From: Chiloscyllium plagiosum
Taxonomy: Eukaryota
DNA: 46,535 nt
Direction: 5' to 3'
Assembly: GCF_004010195.1 (NCBI RefSeq)
Contig: NC_057718.1
Span: 56,236,387-56,282,921, forward strand
The notes beneath the pieces are model-generated. The model was not told the DNA's origin. It searched no databases and was given only the letters and a program-made list of their open reading frames with translations. The position numbers and the translations under genes were made by a program. Shown one piece after another: positions 1-12,530 of the stretch (positions are counted from its first letter, which is position 1; each line of letters opens with the position of its first letter).

Positions 1-430
1 GCAGATGCGGCGGAGGCAGAGGAATTGGGAATATGGGATGGCGTTTTTACAGGGGGCAGGGTGGGAGGAGGTGTAATCTAGGTAGCTGTGGGAGTCAGTC
101 GGTTTGTAGTAATGTTATCTCAGTCCCAACCCTCGGATTCAGCACTGCCCTCTTGACCTGCAATCCTCTTCCCGACCTCTCTGCCCCACTCCCTCTCCGG
201 CCTATCACCCTCACCCTCACCTCTTTCCACCTATCGTATTCCCAGCACCCCTCCCCCAAATTCCCTCCCCTCTACCTTTTATCTCAGCCCGCTTGGCACA
301 CCAGCCTCATTCCTGAAGAAGGGCTTATGCTCGAAACGTCAATTCTCCTGCTCCTCAGATGCTGCCTGGCCTGCTCTGTTTTTCCAACTCTGGTATTCCA
401 GCATCTGCAGTCCTTACTTTCTCCTAGTTA
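1..430. mobile_element. Penelope-like element pseudo-LTR fragment (inverted 5' piece plus sense pLTR) with minimal hammerhead motif at 313-340
   Basis: CTGAAGA-AGGGCTTATGCTC-GAAACGTC core followed by the family tail ...cagcatctgcagtcc(t/c)tactttctcc. The same repeat recurs more than 10 times in the window and is joined to a GIY-YIG C-terminal ORF at 33717-33975. Confidence 0.8.
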
Positions 431-1524
431 ATCAGAGAAATAGGCCATTTATGCAGGTGCAATGGGCTAACTTTGTTAAATGCACATCATAATCTAGTGT
501 CAATCTCCTTTTTTAAAAAATGTGCACATTATTTTTATCCAAAAATCATCCAGTCCCCTCTTGAATGCTTCAATTGAACCTACCTCTACCACACTTCCAG
601 GCAGTGCATCCCATACGCTAACTATTCACTGAGTGAAACAAAATCCTCACTTCACCCTTGCTTTGCTTGCAGATCACTTTTAAATCATATCTAATTATAC
701 TTAAAACCATATCAATGTAACTTGTAACTAGTTGCTAAAATGCAATAAACTGTATTTTGTAACTACGAAACATTCTTCTAGTTGGACTTGAAAGTGGTTT
801 TCCTCTACCACACTAAACAAAGTAGGCCCTGAAATCCCCCACACTTAAGGAGAATGATGGGACCAATCTTGATTATAAGCTGCAACTCAAAAAATATAGT
901 TACCTTTAAGATGCAAAGTATAAATCAATGTAAAACATATATGCTAAGTACATCTTCCAAGGGCAATTATAGCTCTAAATAATATGTAGCTATACATAGG
1001 TTCTAGCTTTGTATATGCTTTTTTATCTTTGAAATGGAACTAAACTGGCCAACAGTGCAGTGAACAGACTGCTTGAAATTTTATGGGGTCAGCTCCTTAT
1101 TATTCACAGCTTTATCTGTAACTTTTTCCCAGTCATGGAGCTACCCTAATGGACGGTCTACAAATTATGGTCAGCAGGTCAAATTCAAAAGAATGCATGC
1201 ACTTAAGTTAAATGGATTGCATAGGATAGAGCAATTAACGCATAGTTTCAGTCTTTATACAACTCCAAAATGAATCCAGGATAATTGTCAGTCTTAGAAA
1301 ACTGTTATGAGTGCAGCCATAAGGCACACAACTTGCAGAACTTCAACACTTGCTAGCATCCAGGTTCACCTTCAAGTTGAACATACATGGAGTTGTTTGA
1401 ATTCCAGGGTGTCGACTATTATTAATACATCTCACCCAACCTCCCTTCACAATGAGCAGGAGTGGTTCAGTGGAAGGATATAAGAATAGAGAGCTTGTTC
1501 CCAACTCACCATGTACTCCCATTT

Positions 1525-1970
1525 TGCCTTTTGTTTTATTTGTACCTGGGTGTCAATGCTTAGGCCAGCATTTATTGCCTATCTCGAATTTCCCAGCCAG
1601 CTGTTAAGAATTAGCCTCATTGATGTGGATCTAAAGTCACATATAGGCCAGACCAGGTGAGGATGTCTGATCTCCTTTCTTAAAGGACATTACTGAATCA
1701 GGTGGGATTTTACAACAATTAGGAGAAAGTGACAATTGCAGATGCTGGAGCTCAGATTCAAAAATATGGCATTGGAAAAGCACAGCAGGTCAGGCAGCAT
1801 GTTAACTTGGTTACTATTAGATTAACTATGTTTTTGTCCTCAGATTTTTTCACATTGAATACAAATCTGACCATCAACCATGGTGAGATTCAAACCTGTG
1901 CCCTCAGAACCTCATTAACCTGGGGTTTAGGATAGTAGCCCTGTGACATTACCACTATACCGCTGCACCC
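1525..1970 (-). mobile_element. Old tRNA-derived SINE, interrupted by a short PLE fragment at ~1722-1800
   Basis: The minus strand starts gcggtatagtggtaatgtcac (A-box-like) ... ggtttgaatctc (B-box-like) and ends in a LINE-like tail ggcaataaatgctggcc...aataaaa. The body is homologous to 10140-10400. Confidence 0.65.
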
Positions 1971-2049
1971 CTCCCCCTGTCCCCATAAGTGTGTTTTGTC
2001 ATATCTTGTGTTAGGTAACTATCATTTACAGCAGTAACTCTGGAGGAGA

Positions 2050-2545
2050 AGATATTAATGAATTGGAAGAAAGCACACACACAATGTGGCAAAAATTAGT
2101 GATAAACAAGGGGATTGGGAAGTTTTAAAAACGAATAAAAGATGACCATCTAACAGTAAAAGGGAAGAATCTAAATTATAAAGGCAAACTAGCAAGTAAT
2201 GACAGACAGTAAGATTAAATATATAAAAAGGAAGAGTGAGGTCAAAGTGAACATAGGTACTTAAAAAAATGAGGATGCTGCCTGACCTGCTGTGGTTTTC
2301 CAGCACCACTCTGATCTAAACTCTGGTTTCCAGCATCTGCAGTCCTCACTTTTGCCAACTTAAAAGAATGAGGCTGGGAAAATGATAATGGGAATTGAAA
2401 AAAAAAGGCAGAGGAGTCTTCATGGTAGGGGATACCAATAGCATTCCAAACATACTAAATAATCAAGGAGCTAAAGGGGGCAAGAAATAAACACATTAAC
2501 AATCACTGCTGACAGAGTACTGGGAAATTAATGGAGCTAAAAGCC
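2050..2545 (+). mobile_element. Decayed CR1 LINE ORF2 fragment with a small PLE insert (~2274-2357)
   Basis: Resembles the CR1 EN-RT linker (gtgaacataggt...gaatgaggctgggaaaatgataatggga). The insert is flanked by acttaaaa(a/g)aatgagg repeats. Confidence 0.55.
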
Positions 2546-2554
2546 AATCATTTT

Positions 2555-3420
2555 TGGAACCTTTTCCCCGATTTTCATTAGCTCCAAGTTAGCTGCGTCT
2601 CCTTAATACAATACTTGGTGAAAGGCTGCCTTGATGTCAAAGGCAATCACTCTCATGTCAGCTGAGGAGTTCAGTTCTTTTGCGTATGTTTGGAGTGAAG
2701 TTATAATAGGGGCAGGACTTGAGAGGTGCTGTCAGAAATTAAACTGAGCATTAATTAACAGATTATTATTATTATTTGTGGGCGGCACGGTGGCACAGTG
2801 GTTAGCACTGCTGCCTCACAGCGCCTGAGACCCAGGTTCAGTTCCTGCCTCAGGTGACTGACTGTGTGGAGTTTGCATGTTCTCCTCGTGTCTGCGTGGG
2901 TTTCCTTCGGGTGCTCCGGTTTCCTCCCACCATCCAAAGATGTGCAGGTCAGGTGAATTGGCCATGCTAAATTGCCCGTAGTGTTAGGTAAGGGGTAAAT
3001 GTAGGGGTATGGGTGGGTTGTGCTTCGACGGGTCGGTGTGGACTTGTTGGGCCGAAGGGCCTGTTTCCACACTGTAATGTAATCTAATCTAATCTAATCT
3101 AATCTATTTTGCAAATGCCTCTTATTAGCTCTGTCGACAACCCCTTCAATCATTTTGCTGATGATCAAGAGTAGACTGATAGGTTGGTAATTAGCCAGGT
3201 CAGATTTGTCCTGTTTTTGTGTACAGAACATACTTGGAAAAGTTCCATGTTTTTGGATAAATACCATCTTTGGAGCATTACTTGAACAGTTTAGCTAGGG
3301 GTGTGGAGCACAAGTCCATTGCTGGAATGTTATCTGGGACCATAGACTTTGCAGTATCGAGTGTGTGAGATATTGTGTTATGAGATATTGTGTTATATGC
3401 TATCTTTATTGACTCACTTA
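2555..3420 (-). mobile_element. Old CR1/L2-type LINE, RT segment (host of later insertions)
   Basis: The minus strand translates to ANYQPISLLLIISKMIEGVV and VIAFDIKAAFHQV (RT motif A, consensus xALDIKxAFDxV). It is split by the SINE at 2779. Confidence 0.7.
2779..3106 (+). mobile_element. HE1-type (elasmobranch) tRNA-derived SINE, full length
   Basis: ggcggcacggtggcacagtggttagc A-box, ggttcagttcc B-box, central gtgtggagtttgca...tctgcgtgggtttcc domain and (taatc)n tail. A near-identical copy lies at 38582-38896. Confidence 0.9.
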
Positions 3421-3454
3421 CCAGCTTGCCATATTCATTAATACCAGGTTCCTG

Positions 3455-6075
3455 TTCATAGAACATAGAACAATATAGCACAGAACAGGCCGTTCGGCCC
3501 TCAATGTTGCACCGACCTGTGGACTACTCTAACCCAATCCCCTTACACTATCCCATCATCATCCATATGCTTATCCAAGGACTGTTTCAATGCCCCTATG
3601 TGGCTGAGTTAACTACATTGGCAGGCAGGACATTCCATGTCCTTACCAGTCTCTGAGTTAAGAACCTGCCTCTGACATCTGTCTTAAATCTATCACACCT
3701 CAATTTGCAGCTATGCCTTCTCATACAAGCCGATATCATCATCTTAGGAAAACGACTCTCACTGTCCACCCTATCTAATCCTCTGATCATCTTGTATGTC
3801 TCTATTAAATCCTCTCTTAATCTTCTTCTCTCCAATCAGAACAGACCCAAGTCTGTCAGCCTTTCCTCAAACCAGGCAACATCCTGGTAAATCTCCACTG
3901 CACCTTTTCCAATGCTTCCACATCCTTCCTATAACGGGACGACCAGAACTGTACACAATTTTCCATGTGAGGCCGCAGTAGCATTTTGTACAGTTGCAGC
4001 ACGACATCACAGCTCCGGAATTCAATCTCTCTGCCAATAAAACCTAACACATCATATGCCTTCTTAACAGCACTATCAATCTGGGTGGCAACTTTCATGG
4101 ACACCAAGATCCCTCTGCACATCCACACTACCAAGAATCTTTCAACTGGCCCACTATTCTGCCTTCCTGTCATTCTTTCCAAAATGAATCACCTCACATT
4201 TATCTGCATTGAACTCCATTTGCCACCTTTCAGCCCAATTCTCAGTTTATCCAAGTCCCCCTGCAACCTGCAACACTTTTCCACACTGTCCACCACTCCA
4301 CCAACTTTAGTGTCATCTGCAAACTTACTAACCCATCCACCTATGCCTGTGTCTAAGTCATTTATAAAAATGACAAACAACATTGGTCCCAAAACAGATC
4401 CTTGTGACACACCACTAGTAACTGGATTCCAAGCTGAATATTTTTCATCAATCACCACTCACTGCCTTCTTTCAGGAAGCCAGTTTCTAATCCAAACTGC
4501 TAAATCACCCTCAATCCCATGCCTCCACAATTTCTCCAATAACCTACCATGTGTAAACTGATCAAAGGCTTTACTAAAGTCCATGTACACCACGTCAACT
4601 GCCCTACCCTAATCCACATACTTGGTCACCTTCTCAAAAAACTCAATGAGGTTTGTGAGCTATGACCTGCCCTTGACGAATCCATGTTGACTATTTCCAA
4701 TCAAATTGTTGCTAGGCTAAATGATTATAAATCCTATCTTTTATAATCCTTTCCAAAACTTTTCCTACAACAGACATAAGGCTCACTGGTCTATAATTAC
4801 CTGGGTCATCTCTGCTGCCCTTCTTGAACAAGGGCACATTTGCAGTCCTCCAGTCCTCTGGTACTAAACCTGTAGCCAATGACAATTCAAAGATCTGCCA
4901 ACTCCTCCCTAGCTTCCCAGAGAATCCTCGGATAAATTCCATCCGGCCTAGGGGACTTATCTACTTTCACACATTCTAGAATTGATAACACCTCCTTCTT
5001 ACTAACCTCAATCCTTTCGAGTCTAATAGCCCATACCTCCATCTTCTCTACAATATTTTCCTTTTCATGAGTGAAAACAAATGAGAAGTATTCGTTTAGC
5101 ACCTCTGCAATCTCCACAGGGTCCACACAGAGCTTCCCAGTCCTATTTCTGACTGGCCCTATTCCTACCCTAGTCATCCTTTTATTTTTCACGTACCTAT
5201 AGAAGGCTTTAGAGTTCTCCTTTATTCTATTTGCTAAAGACTGCTCATGCCCCCTCCTTGCTCTTCTTAACTCTCTCTTTAAATCCTTCCTAGCTAACCT
5301 GTAACTCTGCATCACCTCATCTGAACCATTGCGTCTCAACGTCACGTAAACCTCCTTCTTCCACTTTACAAGAGATACAATTTCTTTAGTAAACCACGGT
5401 TCCCTTACCTTATCACTTCCTCCCTGCCTGACAGGGACATACCTATCAAGGGCACGCAATATCTGTTCCTTAAACCAGCTCCACATTTCGATTGTCCCCA
5501 TCCCCTGCATTTTGCTAGCCCATTCTATGCCTCCTAAGTCTTGCCTAATCGCATTTTAATTGCCCTTCCCCCATTTATAGCTCTTGCCCATGTACCTATC
5601 CCTTTCCATCACTAAACTAAACGTAACCAAATAATGATCATTCTCTCCAAAGTGCTCACCTATCACTAAATCAAACACCTGGCTTAGTTCATTACCAAGT
5701 ACCAGATCCAGTGTGGCCTCCACTCTTGTTGGCCCTTTGACATACTGTGTCAGGAAACCATCCTGCTGCACACATTGGACAAACACTGATCCATCCGACG
5801 TACTAGAGTTATAGCATTTCCAGTCAATGTTAGACAAGTTAAAGGCCCCCATAATGACCATCCTGTTTCTTTCCTGCCCAGAATTGTTTTGCCAATCCTC
5901 TCTTCCACATCTCTGGAACTTTGCAGAGGCCTATAATAAATTCTCAGCAGTGTGACCTCTCCTCTCCTGTTTCTAAACTCAGCCCAGATCACTTCAGTAG
6001 ACAAGTCTTCGTCAAAAGTTCTTTCAGCCACTTTTATACTGTCCTTGACTAACAAAGCCACACTCTCCCCCTTAT
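3455..6075 (-). mobile_element. CR1 LINE ORF2 pseudogene (AP endonuclease + RT), frameshifted
   Basis: Minus-strand ORF fragments contain GEHFGENDH and IYYRP (EN), GNYRPVSLMSVVGK, SGVSQGSVLGPMLF and SKFADDTK (RT). The (ttctatg)n 3' tail lies at ~3455-3475. Confidence 0.95.
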
Positions 6076-6367
6076 ACCTGAAAACACTCACTGATATAGC
6101 TGAGGGAAAACAAAAGTCCCTCCATTCCCTGAAACCTCTGCTCTCCGAGGTCAGCTTTTAAAGATCTAAATTAGTGACTCACCTTCCCCGACAGTGCCCT
6201 GGTCCAAGCTCCCACTCTTGCTGCTGCTGAAAACAGAAATTCATTCATTCATTCATAAACTTTTACTGACCCATTATTTACTATAAAACAGTTTCATTCA
6301 TTCATTCATTCATAAAACCACGGTTCTGTGGTATCCACATTTAAAAACAACCCATTCAAATCCATTA

Positions 6368-6960
6368 CTGGTGCTGGAAAAACAAAGCAGGGCTTATGCC
6401 CGAAACATCGATTCTCCTGCTCCTCAGATGCTGCCTGACCTGCTGTGCTTTTCCAGTACCACACTCTCGATTCTGATCTTCCGCATCAACAGTCCTCACT
6501 TTCTCCTCACAGAATTTATAGTCAAAAGAGTCCAGTGTCACAGAGATGTGACAGTAAACAATCTTAGATTAAAACTTCCATCTTTTATAATGGGATATGC
6601 TGGTTTCTGTTCTTCGATATGCAAATCCCAGAACTTCTTTTAAATTACATTTTCAAGATAACTCAGCTTTTTAAACAATAAGTGTGAAGTCTTTCTGTTT
6701 CCCAATGCTATGTCAGACTGACAACCCCCCTGTATAGTTTTACATGAATTCATGCAGTTTTTGAGCAAAATAAAATGTAATTCTGCCAAAACAAACTCAC
6801 AAATTCACCCCATAAGCTTATATGTGTGCACATGTAGGAGCGACAGATTGAGTGTGCATGTGAGTGTGTGCGTGAGGGTATGAGTGCATATGTGTGTTTG
6901 TGTGTGTGTATGTCACAGAGAGAGAGTGTATTGTGCAGTGGAGTCACCTGTAGTGTCCTG
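6368..6960. mobile_element. PLE pLTR hairpin fragment plus part of the larger PLE-derived CA-rich element
   Basis: gtgctggaaaa...gggcttatgcccgaaacatcg...ttttccagtacc. The stretch 6510-6960 is homologous to the 23625-24690 and 30060-31284 elements and includes a (TG)n tract. Confidence 0.65.
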
Positions 6961-7329
6961 TGTTTAGAGCATATTGGTCTACTCTTCATACTAACATTTA
7001 CTAATTTAAAAGACGAAAGAACTAACACCTCTTGATCATGCAAGCAAACCAGACAGACACCCTTAATCCCATCACAAGTAACAGCCAATACTTAGCACAT
7101 GTTTTAGCCCATCTCCTGTCTCCCAGGACAGAAGCCTTTCAAACTTTTGTGTACTATAGATGAAAAACGTAACACCATAGTAATGGAATTTTAATATATG
7201 TAAGAACTGTGTATAAAGAGGCTCTTAAAAGAACTGCATTTCGGGATTCTATTGCCGCCTCAAACTTGTGCTGTGATTGCTGAATATTTCTACTGCTCAC
7301 CAATTTCGGTTATTATTTGAACACGATCC

Positions 7330-8115
7330 CACAAGTGCCATCAAATATTTCTTGATGCCATGTGGAGTGAATTGAATTGGTTGAAGACTGGTATCTCTGA
7401 TCCTGGAGATTTCAGGAGGTCAGTATGGATCATCCACTCAGCACATCTAGTTGAAGATAGATGCAAATGCTTCATACTTGTCTGTTGTACCTATGTGCTG
7501 AACTCCCTCATCACCAACGATGTGGATATTTGTGGAACCTTCTCCTTCTGTTAGTTGTTTAATTATTCACCACCATTCATGACTGCAGAACTGCAGAACT
7601 GCAGAACTTAGATCTCATCCATTGGTTGCAGGATCATTTAGTTTTGTCTATCAGTTGTTGCTTCTGCTGTTCCTCATGTCAATATCCTTTCTTCTGGCTT
7701 CAACTGGTTAATATCTCATTTTTAGGTTTGCCTGCTGCTGCTCCTAGACTGCCCTCCTGCACTCTTCATTGAACTAGTGTTGATTTCCTAGATTGAAGTA
7801 ATTGTAGACTGGAGGATATGCATGGCCACGAGGTTATAGATTGTGGTTGAATACTGTTACTGATAATAGTCAACAGCATCCCTTGAATGCTCAGTTTTGA
7901 GTAAATAGATTTATTCTAAGTTTATCCTTTTTAGCATGGTGGCAGTTCTACACAACACAATGGGCATCCTCAATATGAAAACAGGATACTATCTTCATAA
8001 GGATTATGTGGTAGTCTAGCTTATACATCTACGACAGATAGTTTGATGAGGATAATGTCAAGGAGGTATTTTCCCACTTATTTGTTCCCTCACTGCATGT
8101 CACAAATCTAGTCTA
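7330..8115 (-). mobile_element. Middle segment of the old LINE at 2555-3420 and 9580-10140
   Basis: Highly decayed. It is collinear in position and orientation with the flanking RT and EN segments once the younger inserts are removed. Confidence 0.5.
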
Positions 8116-8119
8116 GATT

Positions 8120-9525
8120 GTAAGACCATAAGGCATAGGATCAGAAATTAGGCCATTCAGCCCATTGGGTCTGCTTAGCCATTCAATCATGGCTGATACA
8201 TTTCTCAAACCCATTCTCCCACTTTCTTCCTTTAACCCTTGATTCCCTTGATACTCAAGAAACTATTTATCTCAGTTTTAAATATACTCAATGACCTGGC
8301 CTCCACAACCTTCTATGGCAGTGAATTCCATAGATTCACCATGCTCTGGCTGAAGAAGTTTCTCCTTACCTCGGTTCTAAAAGGTTTTCCCTTTACTCTA
8401 AGGCTGTGCCCTCGGGTTATAGTATCTCCTACCAATGGAAACATCTTCCCAAGATCTACCCGGTCCAGGCCATTCAGTGTTCTGTATATTTCGATTAGAT
8501 CCTCCCTCAGCTTTCTAAACTCCATTGAGTATGGACGCAGAGTCCTCACACATTCCTCATATGTTAAGCTTTTCACTCCTGGAAACATTCTTGTGAACCT
8601 CCTATAAACACGCTCCAAGGCCAGTACATCTTTCCTGTGATATGCGTCCCAAAACTGCACACAATACTCCAGAGCCTTATAGAGCCTCCGAGATACATCC
8701 CTGCTTTTATATTCAAGTCCTCTCAAAATAAATATCATCATTACATTTGCCTTCTCAACTACTGACTCAACCTGCAAGTTTACCTTGAGAGAATCCTGGA
8801 CGAGAACTCCCAAATCTCTTTGCACTTCAGACTTATGAATTTTTCTCCTCATTAAGAAAATAGTCCATGCCCCTACTCTTCCTACCAAAGTGCATGACCT
8901 CACACTTGCCCACATTGTACTCAATCTGCCACTTTGCCCACTCTCCTAACCTGTCCAAATCCTTCCGCAGCCTCCCCGCCTCCTCAATGCTACCTGTCCC
9001 TCTACCAATCTTTGTATCATCTGCAAACTTAGCCAGAACTCCCTCAGTCTCTTCATTTAGATCATTAATGTATAAAGTGAAAAGTTGTGGTCCAAAAACT
9101 GAGCCTTGCAGAATACCACTTGTCACTGACTATCATCCTGAGAAGGACCCTTTTATCCCCACTCTCTGCTTTCTGCCAGACAGCCAAGATTCTATCCATG
9201 CTAGCACATTGCTTCTAACACCGTGGGCCTTTATCTTACTCAGTAGCACCTTGTCAAAGGCCTTCTTGAAGTCCAGGTAGATAACATCCATTGACTTTCC
9301 TTGGTCTAACCTGCTTATCACTTTATTCTAACAGATTTGTCTGGCATGATCTCCCCTTGATGAAACCATGCTGACTTTGCCCAACACCTACGTGTTTTAC
9401 CATACACCTCCAATATTCAGAAATCTCATCCTTCACAATGGAGTCCAGGATCGTACCCACAACCGAGGTCAGGCCAATCGGTATGTAATTTTCCGCCTTT
9501 TGCCTTACTCCCTTTTTAAACAGGG
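8120..9525 (-). mobile_element. 5'-truncated CR1 LINE (RT domain, second subfamily)
   Basis: SQHGFIKGRSC, DVIYLDFKKAFDKV, SGILQGSVFGPQLF and AKFADDTK. The 3' tail appears as taagaccataaggcatagg on the + strand. Confidence 0.95.
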
Positions 9526-9579
9526 GTTTAAAATGAGTTCTAAAGCTCATTGTCTAGCGGCAATGAGCTTTAGAACTCA

Positions 9580-10400
9580 ACTAGCTTGGTCTATATTGGT
9601 ACTATAAGCTATGTTTGCTGATAGATTTTGAAGTCCCCCAACTAGAGTACAATCTGTGCCCTTTCTACATCCCTTGCTTTCTCCAAGTGATGTTCAACAT
9701 GAAGGAGCGCTAATTCATCAGCTGAATTGTGTGCAGGAGGAGCAGGGTGGTAAATTGCAATTAGCGAGAGGTTTTTTTTTGCTCATTGAAGACTCACAGT
9801 GCTACTCTCTCCTGAGTATGTACTTGTCCACCACCTCTGCTGAGTCTGTCCTTCCAGTGGAGCAGGACATAACAGGGATGGTAATGGTGGTGTCTGTGAT
9901 TCCAGCATCTGCAGTTTTTTTGTCTCTAACATTGTCTATATAGGCATGATTCTGTGAATGTCAGTATGAGTGTGACTGTTACTTGACCAGTCTGTGGGAC
10001 AACACTCCAATTTTGTGTACAAGCCCCCAGATATTAGTAAGATAGATCTAGCAGAGTCAACAAGACTGAGTTTTCCATTGTCATTTCCAGTGTCTAGGTT
10101 GCTGTTGGGTGGTCCATTCAGTTTGAGGGATTGATACAACTGAGCAATTAAGAATCAACCCACTTTGCTATAGGTTGGATCACATGATCAGGTAAAGATA
10201 GAAATTATCTATATATCCTTTATAGACGTTGCTGAACCAGCTGAGATTTTTACACAATTAGCCGTGGTTTACAATTCTAGATTTTATTGAATTCAAATTT
10301 TGTTATTTTCTGTGTTAGGATTCAAACCCATGTCCCCAGAACATTAGCCTGGTGCTGTGGATTACTTCTCCAGTGATATTGCTATTACATCACCACTTCC
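9580..10400 (-). mobile_element. 5' end of the old LINE: tRNA-like head (10140-10400) abutting the AP-endonuclease N-terminus
   Basis: The minus strand near 10030-9950 reads NIWGLVHKIGVLSHRLVK (APE N-terminal NIxGL motif). The head has B-box gggtttgaatcc and matches the SINE at 1525-1970. Confidence 0.6.
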
Positions 10401-12214
10401 TTTCATCCTTCAACAAGGACTCAATGTCTCATTTCAGCAAACACACACACACTAATACTTTAAGGTACCTTTTATTCTCCCTAATTTGGTAAAACTCAAA
10501 AAATCCCAATGGACAGAAAATAAAATATGATCGAAAAAGCTAAAAATGTGCAGAACAATCCTAGAAAAGATTTTCAAATGTGACAAGAAAAAGTTTTGGC
10601 AGAACAAATATTTCAGAAAGTTGGAAGCCAGGTAAATTTAAATTTATTTTAGCATTTAATGAGGCAGATAAATCTCTAAAAACCTCAGTGTAAATCTCAG
10701 CTGTAAAATAAATTATCTTCGTGATAAGATCACAAGACCTAATCACAAAAATTTCTGGTACATATGTAACAGCACCCTCATTGCCATAATAAAGATCATT
10801 AATCTTTAAACATTAATGCCTGCATTTCTCCTGCTTCTTTATTTTCTCCACTATTATATTCGCTCTTGTGTGGAGGAGTGCATTGCCTTTGATCAGCTGA
10901 TTTTAGTAAATCTTTGCTACAGTAGAAACCTACAGCTCAACTATCTATCACAATTCGCCATGTTACTTAATCACTTAACTAATCTCCAAACCACACCTAA
11001 AGGTTAGACCAGTAAAAAAGTTCATATTCCAGCTTCACCACATTCCACATATCCTGCTGGCAAAGCCCCTTCCAATTAACACCCACTCAAAGTCTTATTC
11101 AAACACATAGGAAATAAATTATTTTTACTCGATAAATCTATCTTTTTTTTATATAAATTCTGGAGGACAAAGTTTGAGGATTGAAAAGTAGGACCCTGCA
11201 GAAGTATTTTGCAGGTGGCAACTATTTAAGAGGCTGCATCACAAACAAGAAGGTTCTTTAATATTAAGGCACCCTTAAAGATCAGCGTCACTCTGGAAAA
11301 TCCAGTGTTAAGCAGGCAGGCAGGCCGCAGCGATTGGAGGAGCTGTGGGATATGTTACAGAGATAATGCATTTGCCTTGGGCACAGAGGTAGCCATTGTT
11401 ACTGCAGCTTGGTGGGGGATGGGAGCTATGGACTACCTGTTTAGGAAGAACTCAATTCCCCTCTCCAGGAATGTACAGGCGTGCCATCAGGATTTATCTG
11501 ACTCTTGCCACATGACAACAGACTGTTTCAATATTTGCAAAATGCTGGCAAACACAGAATGGGCCATTAATTGGGCAATTAAATGGCTGAATTAACAGCC
11601 CAGTGGAAGCAGTGTCACTGAGGTTCCTGCAGCTGCTAATATCCCTTGACAGAAGGAAGGTATCAGGCACCCCTACCAAAACCTTCCACTGCCATATTAC
11701 CTGACCTCCTCCTTCCCCACACATCACAATATATTTGGGAAAATTAAGATGTCTACTATGTATTTTTGTTATGCATTCATATGTTAAAGAGGTTAAATAA
11801 AATATTGCCACTGTAACTTACACCCAAAGCATGGATGGTACTGGATAATGTACCACCTTATAAAATACTGTGATTTTAAAAATTGACCAAAGGAAAAACA
11901 GGGCTGAAATGTCCATACATCTCTGTTAATATCTAGGTATCAATACAACAATTTGCTCCTGACCGGGAAGCAATGGTAGATTGATCCCACTTTTTTCTCT
12001 ATTCGATTGACCAGAGATAGCTGTGTTTCAAAGTGAAAGAGTATTTCTAACCTTTGAGTCTTGTAGCTCAAAAGAATAAAGTACAGCTTACTCTCAATTT
12101 TGAAAAAAGGTAACATATGATAGTGTTCTCATATGACCCATACATACACATGCACATATACAAAATCACAAGAAAAGGTGATCACCAAAGAATAGAATAA
12201 TGCAGTTTGAATAT

Positions 12215-12530
12215 AGAGTCATAGAGATATATAGCATAGAAACAGACCCTTTGATCCAACTCATCCATGCTGACCAGATATCCTAACCTAACTTAGTCTT
12301 CATAATTTGGAGATGCTGGTGTTGGACTGGGGTGTACAAAGTTAAAAAAATCACACAATACCAGTTTATAGTCCAACAGGTTTAATTGGGAGCACACCTG
12401 ATGAAGGAGCATCACTCCGAAAGCTAGTGTGCTTCCAATTAAACCTGTTGGACTATAACCTGGTGTTGTGTGATTTTTAACTTAGCCTTACTTGCCAGCA
12501 CCCAGCCCATATCCCTCCAAACCCTTCCTG
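12215..12530 (-). mobile_element. CR1 3' tail fragment interrupted by a PLE hairpin insert
   Basis: The tagagtcatagaga...gaaacagaccctt...cagcccatatccctccaaaccc tail is shared with other CR1 copies. Confidence 0.8.
12391..12433 (+). ncRNA. Minimal type I hammerhead ribozyme motif (PLE family B) closed by a long stem
   Basis: agcacac-CTGATGA-a-ggag(catca)ctcc-GAAA-gcta-gtgtgct gives stem I, the catalytic core, stem II and a palindromic AGCT stem III. The flanks 12341-12397 and 12427-12482 are inverted repeats. Confidence 0.7.

Noticed and set aside
2779..2850. tRNA gene
   Set aside because: The A/B boxes belong to a SINE head, which continues into the SINE body and tail.
3986..4561. 191-aa plus-strand ORF and similar ORFs at 8867, 15758 and 29430
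   Set aside because: Antisense shadows of LINE ORF2 fragments.
11190..11720. Palindromic gccattaattgggcaattaaatggc and surrounding GC-richer block as a DNA-transposon remnant
   Set aside because: Probably an old non-autonomous element, but I could not define terminal inverted repeats or a TSD.
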